64,000 nucleotides of DNA from contig JBOGCF010000007.1 of the NCBI GenBank assembly GCA_051656605.1, positions 16,556 to 80,555 on the forward strand, written 5' to 3'. This document shows, in pieces, positions 9,142 to 18,837 of this stretch. The DNA is from Tannerellaceae bacterium (lineage in GTDB: Bacteria > Bacteroidota > Bacteroidia > Bacteroidales > CAMTPD01). Each line of letters opens with the position of its first letter. Positions within the stretch are counted from its first letter, which is position 1. The notes under the pieces are model-generated. The model saw nothing but the letters and a program-made list of their open reading frames with translations, did not search any database and had not been told where the DNA came from. The translations under genes were made by a program, and so were the position numbers.

Positions 9142-12100
9142 TTAAAAGGTGATATCAATACCTAAGCTATAGGTTCTTACATTAGGATAAGCAGCCGAGT
9201 GATTATCTGTCTCAGGGTCCAAGCCTTTGTAATTTGTGAATACAAACGGATTGTTTATATCAACATACACTCGCACATTTGATGCAACTTTAGGAATTGA
9301 AAAATTATAGCCCAAAGCAATGTTACGCATACGAACAAACCATATCTTTTCCATAAAATAGTCTCCGGTTCCAAAGCGACTTTTTGATTGAAAATATCCA
9401 GGTCGTTCTGTATTTTGATTATCTGCCGACCAGATTTCTTTAGTTGTCGAAGGCATATTATAACCTCGTCTGATATCTTCAATTCCAGTAGGTCCAAAAT
9501 CAAGATACGAACCAGAAGATAACTTATTAAATACTCCATACATATAAAAAGACAAATCAAACTTTTTATACGAAAATGTATTATTAAATCCTATTTGAAA
9601 GCCCGGATCCCATGAACCATAATACACTTTATCTGCATCATCGAGTTTACCATCAGGTTTACCGGTTTTCATTGGGATACCATATTTATCCACCATAATC
9701 TTTCCGTTATCATCATAGCGATAGCCATCAAGATCTTGGATCTTAACTTGTCCGGGTAAAGCTCCCGGCATATGATCAATTGTTTCTCCCGGCTGAATCA
9801 AACCTGCTGATTTATATCCATAAGCAGATCGAATCGGATCATTGTATTTCTCATAAGCTGCCGGTTTCCATGAAGGATCACGCATATCCCATGTATCTCG
9901 ATACATAGAGAAAGTTACATCCGAACTCCAATTAAAAGATGAGGTAATAATATTTCTACTACCAACTGTCAATTCAAAACCTTTACTCTTAGTTGAGCCT
10001 ATATTTGCAGCAATTGCACCAACCTCGAGAAAGCTCATCAAATTACGTGTACTAAGCAAATCTACAATTCGACGACTAAATACCTCTGCTGAGATATTCA
10101 CTCGATCATATAATCCTAAATCAAGACCAAAGTTCCATTCTTTTGTTGTTTCCCACTTTAGATTCGGATTGCCCAATTGTCCTAAACCAACGCCCTTGTA
10201 TGCAATATCTCCAAATACATACTCGCCAGTTATGCTGTAATAATCGAGTGCTTTATTTCCAATATTCGAATTCCCTGTTTCACCGTAGCTTACACGTAAT
10301 TTACCATTCGTTATTACATCTCGAACACGTTCCATAAAGTTTTCTTCACTGAATCTCCAGCCTAATGCAACCGATGGAAAATATCCCCACTTGTGATTTT
10401 TAGCCAAGTTTGAAGCCCCGTCAGCACGTAAAGTCGCTGTAAGCAGATAACGATCTAGTAATGAATAGTTGAAGCGACCAAAGAATGAGGCCATACAACT
10501 TGAATTTCCCCATGAACCAACAGTTGGCTTTGCAAAAGCTCCGGCTCCAAGATTATTATAACCAAACCCATCGATTAGAAAGTCACTGTTTGCAGCATTC
10601 ATACCTTCACCCTCAAACTTTTGATATGAATATCCTCCAAGCACGTTGATGCTATGCACATTGATTGTTTTTTGATAGTTTCCGGTTAACTCGAACAAAT
10701 AATCTGTTTTATCATATTGATTAATACTAGCCTCTCCGTTTTTCTTCTGTCCATAAAGAGTGGTTTTAGGCAAATAAGTTTTGCGCTTTTGATAATTTCT
10801 ATCCAAGCCCATGTTTGCTTTAATCTTCAAATCTTTAATTGGTTCAGCTTCTAAATATAACGTTCCCAAAACTCGCTCTTGTCTACTCTTATCATCAATT
10901 TCCAACAAAGAAACAGGGTTAGGTAAAAACGCAGCAGCAGAATTTAATGCATAGTTGCCATTTTCATCACGAATCGGAATCAAAGGATTAAATTGTGTTG
11001 CAGAAACAATTGTACCTGCATATTCATTTCCACTATCACCTACAGGAACATTTCCAAAATCATTTCTATTTAAGGCAAGACTAACTCCGGTCTTTAAGTA
11101 CTTATTAATTTGTTGATCGAGATTAACACGACCTGCATAACGGGTCATATCATTATTTTTAATAATACCATCCTGCTTAAAATAATTGAGAGACACCATA
11201 TACTGTGTACCATCTGTTCCCCCATTCATACTCACATTGTGCTGTTGTTGAAATCCGGTACGAGTCACCTCATTCATCCAGTCTGTAGAATTTATAGGAT
11301 TTGCGATATCGGCATCAGAAAAACGAGGCACAAATGAGTCTTTAATATCTTGTATATTATTCGTTCCATAAGGAGCTACTTTATTATTCAGCATCCACTC
11401 TTCTCGTAAGAATCGATTCGACTCGATCATAAAATCACGAGCATTCAACATGTCATAATTCTTAGCAATATTCTGCAAAGCAACTGTTCCTGAATATTTG
11501 ATCAGAGGCTTTCCTTGTTTCCCCCGTTTTGTAGTCACAATAATTACACCATGCCCTGCACGTGATCCATAGATTGCTGTAGCACTAGCATCTTTGAGAA
11601 TCTCAATCGATTCAATGTCATTGGGGTTTATTGATGCCAAAACATTATCTTTCGGACCGCCATCGTAACGATTACCACTACCCGGTTCTCCGGAAGAAGT
11701 TACAGGAAATCCGTCAATGATAATTAGAGGATCGTTTCCGGCGCCTGTAGATGCAGCACCCCTAATCCGAAACGAAGCCTGACCACCTGGTTGCGCACTC
11801 ACCGTGTTTACCTGTAATCCGGCAGCTTTCCCCGCTAAAGCATGACTAATTGTTGAAACTGTAGCAACAGGAGTTTCATCCATTTTCACTGATGAAACTG
11901 CACCCGTAAGATCTTTCTTTTTCATTGTTCCATATCCAACAACAACAACCTCATCCAGATTTTTGGTATCCTCTTTCATTACAATATTCATAGCAGAACT
12001 ACCTTTTACCGTGATATCTATCGGTAAATAACCAATATAAGTTATATGCAGAACTGCACCCACTGGAGCATTTACCTGGAATGCCCCATCTACATCTGAA

Positions 12101-12369
12101 ATTGTACCAACTTCTGTACCTTTTACTACAATATTAGCACCAATAATTGGTTCTCCTTTTTCATCTGTGATTACCCCTTTCACAGCACTCTGCTGCACCA
12201 GCATTACATGTTTTAGCTCAGAAGAGTTTTTTACATAATCAGAAGTACTAGTTTCAGCATTTACATTGTTTAAAACAGAACTAAGCAAAAAACAAGTTAC
12301 ACATAATCCCCTCATGGGAAATTGATAACGGACTACATCTTTGGTAGTCACTCTTTCATTGTTCTTCAT
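9142..12369 (-). CDS. SusC/RagA TonB-dependent transporter
   Basis: GEPIIGANI, LDEVVVVGYG, DIESIEILKDASATAIYGSRAGHGVIIVTTKRG, NPNLKWE, terminal F. Confidence 0.95.
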   Translation of the reverse strand: MKNNERVTTKDVVRYQFPMRGLCVTCFLLSSVLNNVNAETSTSDYVKNSSELKHVMLVQQSAVKGVITDEKGEPIIGANIVVKGTEVGTISDVDGAFQVNAPVGAVLHITYIGYLPIDITVKGSSAMNIVMKEDTKNLDEVVVVGYGTMKKKDLTGAVSSVKMDETPVATVSTISHALAGKAAGLQVNTVSAQPGGQASFRIRGAASTGAGNDPLIIIDGFPVTSSGEPGSGNRYDGGPKDNVLASINPNDIESIEILKDASATAIYGSRAGHGVIIVTTKRGKQGKPLIKYSGTVALQNIAKNYDMLNARDFMIESNRFLREEWMLNNKVAPYGTNNIQDIKDSFVPRFSDADIANPINSTDWMNEVTRTGFQQQHNVSMNGGTDGTQYMVSLNYFKQDGIIKNNDMTRYAGRVNLDQQINKYLKTGVSLALNRNDFGNVPVGDSGNEYAGTIVSATQFNPLIPIRDENGNYALNSAAAFLPNPVSLLEIDDKSRQERVLGTLYLEAEPIKDLKIKANMGLDRNYQKRKTYLPKTTLYGQKKNGEASINQYDKTDYLFELTGNYQKTINVHSINVLGGYSYQKFEGEGMNAANSDFLIDGFGYNNLGAGAFAKPTVGSWGNSSCMASFFGRFNYSLLDRYLLTATLRADGASNLAKNHKWGYFPSVALGWRFSEENFMERVRDVITNGKLRVSYGETGNSNIGNKALDYYSITGEYVFGDIAYKGVGLGQLGNPNLKWETTKEWNFGLDLGLYDRVNISAEVFSRRIVDLLSTRNLMSFLEVGAIAANIGSTKSKGFELTVGSRNIITSSFNWSSDVTFSMYRDTWDMRDPSWKPAAYEKYNDPIRSAYGYKSAGLIQPGETIDHMPGALPGQVKIQDLDGYRYDDNGKIMVDKYGIPMKTGKPDGKLDDADKVYYGSWDPGFQIGFNNTFSYKKFDLSFYMYGVFNKLSSGSYLDFGPTGIEDIRRGYNMPSTTKEIWSADNQNTERPGYFQSKSRFGTGDYFMEKIWFVRMRNIALGYNFSIPKVASNVRVYVDINNPFVFTNYKGLDPETDNHSAAYPNVRTYSLGIDITF

Positions 12370-12510
12370 AAGTTAGATTTTCAAGATTTCAAATGCAATG
12401 TATTACATTTACTATTTAGAACAAACAGAAAATTAATTTATTTTCATATTTATCAATTTACATTATTAATTTGTCACTATAATACATATATAAAAGAGCA
12501 AAAAACAATA

Positions 12511-12540
12511 AACCCGGCAAAAGTTATCTTTTGCCGGGTT
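12511..12540 (-). terminator. Intrinsic terminator after susD 12564-14225
   Basis: aacccggcaaaag-ttat-cttttgccgggtt hairpin followed by a T-rich tail on the minus strand. Confidence 0.8.
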
Positions 12541-12563
12541 ACTTATTATAGAATCACTTTTTA

Positions 12564-14225
12564 TTATTTCTTGTCCCACCATAAACGACCAAACTCATTC
12601 TGAATTTCACCAAACTCTGCGTCAGATGCCATTTTCTCAATGCGATCTATCATATTCGCTTTGTTAGGTGTGCCTTCTGCCGGATAAGCAAAACGAGTTC
12701 TACGTGGCACTTTTTGCTCTTCACCATTGATCATGACCTTATCAAAAGTAACAATTGTTGAAGTTTGATTCGGATAACCGGTTCTACGCCACAAAGCCCA
12801 AGCCTCATTTGTATTTTTATAATGTTCAACCCACGATTGGCAATAAATCTGTTCCAATGCATTCGCTGCATTCCAAGCAATACCCGGCTGCGATAAGAAA
12901 TCATTGATCTCCGCATCGGTGATTGGTTCATATTCGTAGATTTTGCAATATTCACCCATTGCACTCCAAAGCTTTAGAGAAGCAGCAACACCTTCTTCGT
13001 ACCATTGCTGTGCCGATTTAGCATTACTTACGCCCAACAATGAAAATTCCGACGCCATGAAACAGAAATCTGCATAAGTCAGATTTGGGAACCAAGAGCC
13101 ACCACTTCCATTATCATACATTCCTTTCCAAAGCCGTACTTGTGGTTGATTCATTGCACGCATATCTGTTCCATCTTTCAACGTACGAGAAAAGTATCGT
13201 TTATCCGTTTTTCGTTCATCGTAGCTTACAGTACCACCTTCCCACTGTGTAAAGTCTGTAGGGATCAGTTTTTCTGGATCGGTTTGCTCTGAATTGTACT
13301 GAGCGATATTTTCAGGAGTAAGATTATTTATTCTGAAATAGATACGCTTTCGTGGGTCATTGTACGTCTTAAGATACCTCATAAACGGAGCAGAAGCCCT
13401 ATCCATATCAATCACCGAATGCCAATCGCCATTATTGGTGTACAACTTATCAAACTTTATGATGAAACCATCTTCATTCGAAGTTGGAATACTATTTTTT
13501 AGCACTTCCGCCGCAATTTCCTTAGCTTTTGCAGAATCACGCTTCAACAAGCGCAAAGCCATACGCAAGCGAAGCGCATTAGCGGTTTTTATCCATTTCG
13601 AGACATCCCCTTTAAAAGCCATATCATAACCCGCCAGCGAAACCTGATCGGTTGCAGTAGATAGCTTCTCTATCGCAGTTTTCAACTCCTGATCCCAGAT
13701 CGCAAATAATTCTTCTTGTGTATCAAACTTAGGATTTTCCAATTCAGGACGACCTCTTCTCAAACCCCAACCTTCGGTATAAGCTAATGAGCCATGCATA
13801 TCAGTTGTTGCAATCCCCTTGTTGATAAGCATAATTCGGGCCACCTCGATCAGATTTGAATATTTGGGCAATTCCTCCGGCATATTCTTCGTTATGTAAT
13901 ATTCGATATGTGTTGCATATCCACCCATATCAAGCCACTCCGAATACAAATCAGCACCAATACTTGATGTAAAATACGTAAAATTTGTTGTACTATAGCC
14001 CCATATATTGGAACAGTATTGCAACCATCGCAATTTACAAGCATACGAATCTGTCCATGTCGATCCAGCTCCTTGATTTCGCTCCTGCACTTTATATAAA
14101 AACGTAAGCGGATCTACTTCATATACTGTAGAAACACTATTATTTATATCGGTAAAACTCTCACAACCTGTCATCAATGTCATCGACAATGGCAGTAAGC
14201 ATAGTATTTTTTTTATTGTTTTCAT
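12564..14225 (-). CDS. SusD/RagB-family lipoprotein (SusD-like 2 type)
   Basis: Lipobox MTGC, KWIKTANALRLRMALRL, EAWALWRRTGYP and LWWDKK terminus. Confidence 0.88.
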   Translation of the reverse strand: MKTIKKILCLLPLSMTLMTGCESFTDINNSVSTVYEVDPLTFLYKVQERNQGAGSTWTDSYACKLRWLQYCSNIWGYSTTNFTYFTSSIGADLYSEWLDMGGYATHIEYYITKNMPEELPKYSNLIEVARIMLINKGIATTDMHGSLAYTEGWGLRRGRPELENPKFDTQEELFAIWDQELKTAIEKLSTATDQVSLAGYDMAFKGDVSKWIKTANALRLRMALRLLKRDSAKAKEIAAEVLKNSIPTSNEDGFIIKFDKLYTNNGDWHSVIDMDRASAPFMRYLKTYNDPRKRIYFRINNLTPENIAQYNSEQTDPEKLIPTDFTQWEGGTVSYDERKTDKRYFSRTLKDGTDMRAMNQPQVRLWKGMYDNGSGGSWFPNLTYADFCFMASEFSLLGVSNAKSAQQWYEEGVAASLKLWSAMGEYCKIYEYEPITDAEINDFLSQPGIAWNAANALEQIYCQSWVEHYKNTNEAWALWRRTGYPNQTSTIVTFDKVMINGEEQKVPRRTRFAYPAEGTPNKANMIDRIEKMASDAEFGEIQNEFGRLWWDKK

Positions 14226-14239
14226 GGAATAATCTCTTT

Positions 14240-17200
14240 TTAGAATGATACATTGATATTAAAACCGTAGTTCCGTGTATAAGCAGCGCCTCCGCTTTCC
14301 AGGTATTCCGAACTTTGATTTGTAGCCAATCCTTCGGGATGGATATTATTCGGTAAACTGTTATACAAATAGCCTACATTTCTCACCACAAAGCCAACGC
14401 TTACATTTTGCATGTAAATTTGAGAAATCCAATCTTTAGGAAGCGACCATCTCAGCGATAGCTCTCTCAGTGCAATCCATGAACATTTCTTGATCGCTTG
14501 CTCACGAATACCTGTACCCCAGTCGGCCAAGTTTGCATAATACTTGTAAGCCGACAATGGTTCTACATAACCTTTATCATAAGCCTCTTGATAAGACATT
14601 CCCGATAAGTCGACATTATTCACCACAGTTCCCCCGGCAAAAACACCTTCAGGTATCATACCGTCGTTCAATACACGGCCATCCTCAAGTGTGCGAGGCA
14701 AACCACCGTTTTCGGCATCACGACCATACAATGTATGTTTTAGTGTTCCGGAAGAAGTTCCATAGTTGTAAGAGTTGGAGTAAATATCTCCTCCAAAGCG
14801 AGCATCAATAACCATATTAAAGCTAATACCCTTGTATGAAAGCGTTGATACGATACCTCCTAACAAGTCGGGCTGTAAACTACCAATCTTTTCACTCGTA
14901 CCCGATCTTCTCCACGAACCATCGGCATTCAATATCTTTTGACCTTGCTCGTTACGCGCAAAAGCATAGCTCGAATAGATATCACCATAAGCACCACCAA
15001 CGGTAGCCCATGCATCTGTATCGGCTCCACCACCTCCAAGACGATAACGCTCTACATCCGGAGCAAGGCTTATGATTTTATTGCGATTGCGAGTAAGATT
15101 TACCATCAATGTCCAGTTCCAGTTTTTAGTTTCCACAGGAACAGCAGTTACCAACATTTCAACACCCGAGTTTTGAATATTACCGGCATTAATCCATCGT
15201 GATTTTACACCCGTTTCGGAAGCCATACTCAACGCCAAAATCTGATTCTTTGTATTCGTCTTATACCAAGCAACATCAATACCCAATCGGTTTTCGAAAA
15301 ACTTCACATCCGCTCCAATCTCTAGTGAGTGTTGCTTTTCGGGTTTCAAGTTATTGTTTGGCAGTGAGTTTGAATCAAATCCATAATATGGATAATCCTT
15401 ACCATCAAACGGATTTACAAACGTTCCATCTAATGTATAATATCCCGTACTTGTTGTCAAGTATGGATCACAGTCGTTACCCACAATCGCATACGAAGCT
15501 CTGAGCTTTGCAAAAGAAATCACCTCCGGTAATTGAGATCGAAATGTTTCGGTCGCAATCCAAGATGCACCTACCGACGGATAAAAATAAGACGTATTAC
15601 CGGAACCATCGTTATAGATAAGAGCCGACGACCAGTCGTTACGACCTGTGATATCTAAAAAGACTTGATTTTTGAAATCTAGATTGGCAAAAGCATAAAC
15701 CGAATTGATACGCTTACGTCCTGTATTATGTCTTACCGAAGTTGTAGCCGGAGCCACAGAGTTGGTCATATCAAACTGCCCGGGAATACGCAACCCGTTT
15801 GATGAAGATGTATTATGATAAGCCGAACGTGTATCCCATTGCTCGGCAGCAATCGCCCCATTCACACCGACCATATCAGCAAAACGATGATTGGCACTCA
15901 ACATCGCAGTTATTTTGTATTGATCTTTACGAGACTCGTTTACGACATAGCGCGAACCGTCGTAATTACTTTTGCCGGTAGCAAGTACTTTTTGTTCGTT
16001 TGTTTTAAAAATCTTATTGAAGTCTCCATTCAGTCTGAGCGACAACCAATCGGTAAACTTCACGTTCAAGTTCAAAAAAGCCCGAAGATTATCTTCTTTT
16101 TGCGAATACTTATTTTCTAAATATTCCCAGATGGTTTTTGAATATTCAAACGGATCCCCTCCATTCCACCCGTCTCCTTTCGGACTCTTATAATTGTTGA
16201 GCCAATATTTTGTATCATATTCGCGCGGAACACTAAACATAAAGTCATAAATCGGCGACTTGTCTCCTCCCTGATAAGTAGGATTTTGCGTACTTGAATT
16301 GATGTAAGCAAAACCGGCATCCGCATTTACAAACTTACTAATCTCTCTTGATGCATTCAAGTTGAAGCTATTGCGATCAAAATCATTATTGAACGTTGTT
16401 CCGTTAGAGTTTAGATTTGAGTATGAAAAACGGAATGCACCTTTTGCATCCCCACCGTGCAATGCCACATTTGTATTCATGTACCGACCGGTTTGATACA
16501 TCTGTTTTATATTGTCCTCTTTTGCAGAGAATGTCAGATCAAGACCATCCACTTTGTAAGGAAGTCCATCGAAACGAGGTCCAAAGTTTCTATTTTTCGA
16601 GATATTTCGGTTTTCAGTACCGTCAGAATTTAGATCCCAAGCCGGTTGCACACCCATACCATACACATTCTGGATATCAGGAAAACCGTATACGTGATCC
16701 CACGTTTGGGTATGCGAAAAGTCGATACCAAAACCCTCTCCTTTTTTACCTTTTTTTGTAGTAATCAGGATTACACCATTGGCTGCACGTGAGCCGTAAA
16801 GAGCTGTAGCAGCTGCACCTTTCAATACTGACATCGACTCAAAATCGTCGGAGTTTAAGTTTTTCAAATCATTTCCGAAGTCCTGAACAGATGAGGATGA
16901 TTTTGTGGTTTCATTATCAATAATCACACCATCAATCACGAAGATAGGCTGATTATTTGACCCTAGTGAAGAGTTACCACGAATCAAGATACGTTGTGAC
17001 GATTGCGGACCTGAGTTACCCATATTGATTTGTACTCCGGCAACTTTCCCTTGCAACCCATTGATCGGATTCACAACATTTGCCTTAGCTATCTCATCCC
17101 CCTTAATCTCTGTCATGGCATAACCTAGAGCCTTTTTATCACGACTCATACCTAATGCCGTAACAACAACCTCATCCAATGCCTCGGCATCCTCTTTGAG

Positions 17201-17575
17201 TTGTACGTTGATCGTATTTTTTCCGGCAACTTTTACCGTCTCAGTCTTGTAACCGATAAATGAAAATTGTAATTCAGAACCAGTGGCAACACTTAATTCG
17301 TATTTACCGTCGAGGTCCGTTATGGTGCCTTTATCAGTACCTTTCACAACAACATTTACACCAGGTAATGGCTCTCCTAGTTCATCTTTTACAACACCCG
17401 TCACCTTGATCTGACCTTGTTGAACTTCGGCATAAACTACCGAAAGATCATCAGCATAAACCGTAGGAGAAACAAGTAGGCTCGCCATAGCAATGCCCAA
17501 ATAAATAAACTTTTTTCGTGGATAAGGAAAAGGCATGGAACAAGCCTTCTCACAGTAGGTTTTCATCATGTTCAT
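14240..17575 (-). CDS. SusC/RagA TonB-dependent transporter
   Basis: LDEVVVTALG, SVLKGAAATALYGSRAANGVILITTKKG, NLKPE, terminal F; start placed at ATG 17575 (17569 also possible) rather than GTG 17641. Confidence 0.95.
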   Translation of the reverse strand: MNMMKTYCEKACSMPFPYPRKKFIYLGIAMASLLVSPTVYADDLSVVYAEVQQGQIKVTGVVKDELGEPLPGVNVVVKGTDKGTITDLDGKYELSVATGSELQFSFIGYKTETVKVAGKNTINVQLKEDAEALDEVVVTALGMSRDKKALGYAMTEIKGDEIAKANVVNPINGLQGKVAGVQINMGNSGPQSSQRILIRGNSSLGSNNQPIFVIDGVIIDNETTKSSSSVQDFGNDLKNLNSDDFESMSVLKGAAATALYGSRAANGVILITTKKGKKGEGFGIDFSHTQTWDHVYGFPDIQNVYGMGVQPAWDLNSDGTENRNISKNRNFGPRFDGLPYKVDGLDLTFSAKEDNIKQMYQTGRYMNTNVALHGGDAKGAFRFSYSNLNSNGTTFNNDFDRNSFNLNASREISKFVNADAGFAYINSSTQNPTYQGGDKSPIYDFMFSVPREYDTKYWLNNYKSPKGDGWNGGDPFEYSKTIWEYLENKYSQKEDNLRAFLNLNVKFTDWLSLRLNGDFNKIFKTNEQKVLATGKSNYDGSRYVVNESRKDQYKITAMLSANHRFADMVGVNGAIAAEQWDTRSAYHNTSSSNGLRIPGQFDMTNSVAPATTSVRHNTGRKRINSVYAFANLDFKNQVFLDITGRNDWSSALIYNDGSGNTSYFYPSVGASWIATETFRSQLPEVISFAKLRASYAIVGNDCDPYLTTSTGYYTLDGTFVNPFDGKDYPYYGFDSNSLPNNNLKPEKQHSLEIGADVKFFENRLGIDVAWYKTNTKNQILALSMASETGVKSRWINAGNIQNSGVEMLVTAVPVETKNWNWTLMVNLTRNRNKIISLAPDVERYRLGGGGADTDAWATVGGAYGDIYSSYAFARNEQGQKILNADGSWRRSGTSEKIGSLQPDLLGGIVSTLSYKGISFNMVIDARFGGDIYSNSYNYGTSSGTLKHTLYGRDAENGGLPRTLEDGRVLNDGMIPEGVFAGGTVVNNVDLSGMSYQEAYDKGYVEPLSAYKYYANLADWGTGIREQAIKKCSWIALRELSLRWSLPKDWISQIYMQNVSVGFVVRNVGYLYNSLPNNIHPEGLATNQSSEYLESGGAAYTRNYGFNINVSF

Positions 17576-17799
17576 TCGATTAAAAAGGATTAGAATCAAT
17601 TTGTTTTTCAAAGCACCTACAAACACTATTCGATTAGCCACCCTTGTGTTTGTTTTACAAATAAAAACATTTAATCCTCCAAATCAAAGCATATTTAGAT
17701 AAATTTTTACCCTATTTGCTAATATATCAATATAGCTTACTAATTTTTGCAAACTGCTTACTTTTCAAAAGAGACTTCGTGAAAGCATACACTGCTTTA

Positions 17800-17931
17800 T
17801 TCATAAACACGGCAAATTGTTTTCGTGGAAAGTTTGAAAAGTATTCGTGAAGAATCTGAAAAGTCTCCGTGAATATCCCACAAAATATTCACGAAAACTT
17901 TTCGCCATCTCCGTGAAAACTTTTTACCATC
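17800..17931. repeat. Degenerate tandem repeat, 22-bp period, 5-6 units, core T(T/C)CGTGAA
   Basis: Units start at 17800, 17822, 17844, 17866, 17888 and 17910 (e.g. ttcgtggaaagtttgaaaagta, ttcgtgaagaatctgaaaagtc, tccgtgaaaactttttaccatc). Confidence 0.75.
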
Positions 17932-18247
17932 CTCTTTCTTTGCTTTCCTTTACATTACATACCGGTACTGTTAGGTAAACCGGTATGTATTTATATATAT
18001 AGGTTTTTTTAGACATTTTCTGACCTCTAAAAAGGAAACACAAGAAATCATTAACAACTGATTATCTGAATATTAAGACACACAAGTCCCCCTATATTTT
18101 GGATATTTATGTGCCTGTGACGGGTACATTTGTACCCAATTTTGAAACATCATGTTCAACATACAACCTTAGTGTATTTCACTCAACTCACTTTTGCTAT
18201 ATTCAACGGCCGTAGAGATCTCGAAAGAAACCTTCGTTTTAACATAA

Positions 18248-18480
18248 TCATCTCTCAACTAAATATCTATTTATCAGGTAATTGATCCATAACCTGTGCC
18301 TATCCAAAACAAAAAAAGAAGCCATCTTATCAAATAGCTCTTCATAGGTAAGCCCGATAAAGCTAAACTTGCCTTTATTGGATAATAGACTTTTATATGC
18401 AGGCAATGCCTTTTCACCAAAGTGCCTATTCCCCTCGGGATACAGATGAATATGATGAAAATACACAATAGATGTAAACT
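18248..18480 (-). pseudogene. C-terminal remnant of a putative restriction-endonuclease-like (PGN_0703-type) gene
   Basis: HHIHLYPEGNRHF...FIGLTYEELF...WINYLINRY* resembles, from memory, the C-termini of that family; no credible N-terminal part, and upstream sequence runs into a repeat array. Confidence 0.45.
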
Positions 18481-18520
18481 CATGTAGGAAAAACAAGTAG
18501 CTTTGAAGTAAAACTTTTGT

Positions 18521-18666
18521 CAGAAAAATTGACAACTTGTCGAAAAACTTGACACGAACAACAGAAAATCCGACTGGAAGAGCAGAAAATCGGTCACGAA
18601 CGACAGAAAAATTGACACGAGTGAAGGAAAATCGGTCACGAACAACGGTTTTTCTGACAATTCATG
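18521..18666. repeat. Degenerate tandem repeat, 21-bp period, about 7 units (iteron-like)
   Basis: Units start at 18521, 18541, 18562, 18583, 18604, 18625 and 18646 (e.g. cagaaaatcggtcacgaacga, cagaaaaattgacacgagtga, aggaaaatcggtcacgaacaa). Confidence 0.8.
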
Positions 18667-18837
18667 CAAACAAAAGAACCGCCTCAACCCCTAAAAGGTA
18701 TGATATAATCAGGGTTTTCAAACAAACACAAACGAGCATTTAATCTTAAATCTAAATCTAGAATTTTACTCTTATATATACATATATATAAACGGTTATT
18801 GAGATGCGTTTATATAAATGTATCTAATAAAAATGTT

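Noticed and set aside
18045-18080. aacaactgattatctgaatatta as an integrase attachment or dif-like site
   Set aside because: Only a loose resemblance; I found no matching second copy and no integrase in the window.
18274-18483. 69-aa hydrophobic ORF as a toxin or membrane peptide
   Set aside because: It overlaps the more protein-like nuclease-remnant frame on the same strand; most likely a shadow ORF.
18537-18743. 68-aa ORF with heptad-like repeats (MSKNLTRTTEN...)
   Set aside because: TTG start, and it is simply the translation of the 21-bp DNA repeat; no independent coding evidence.
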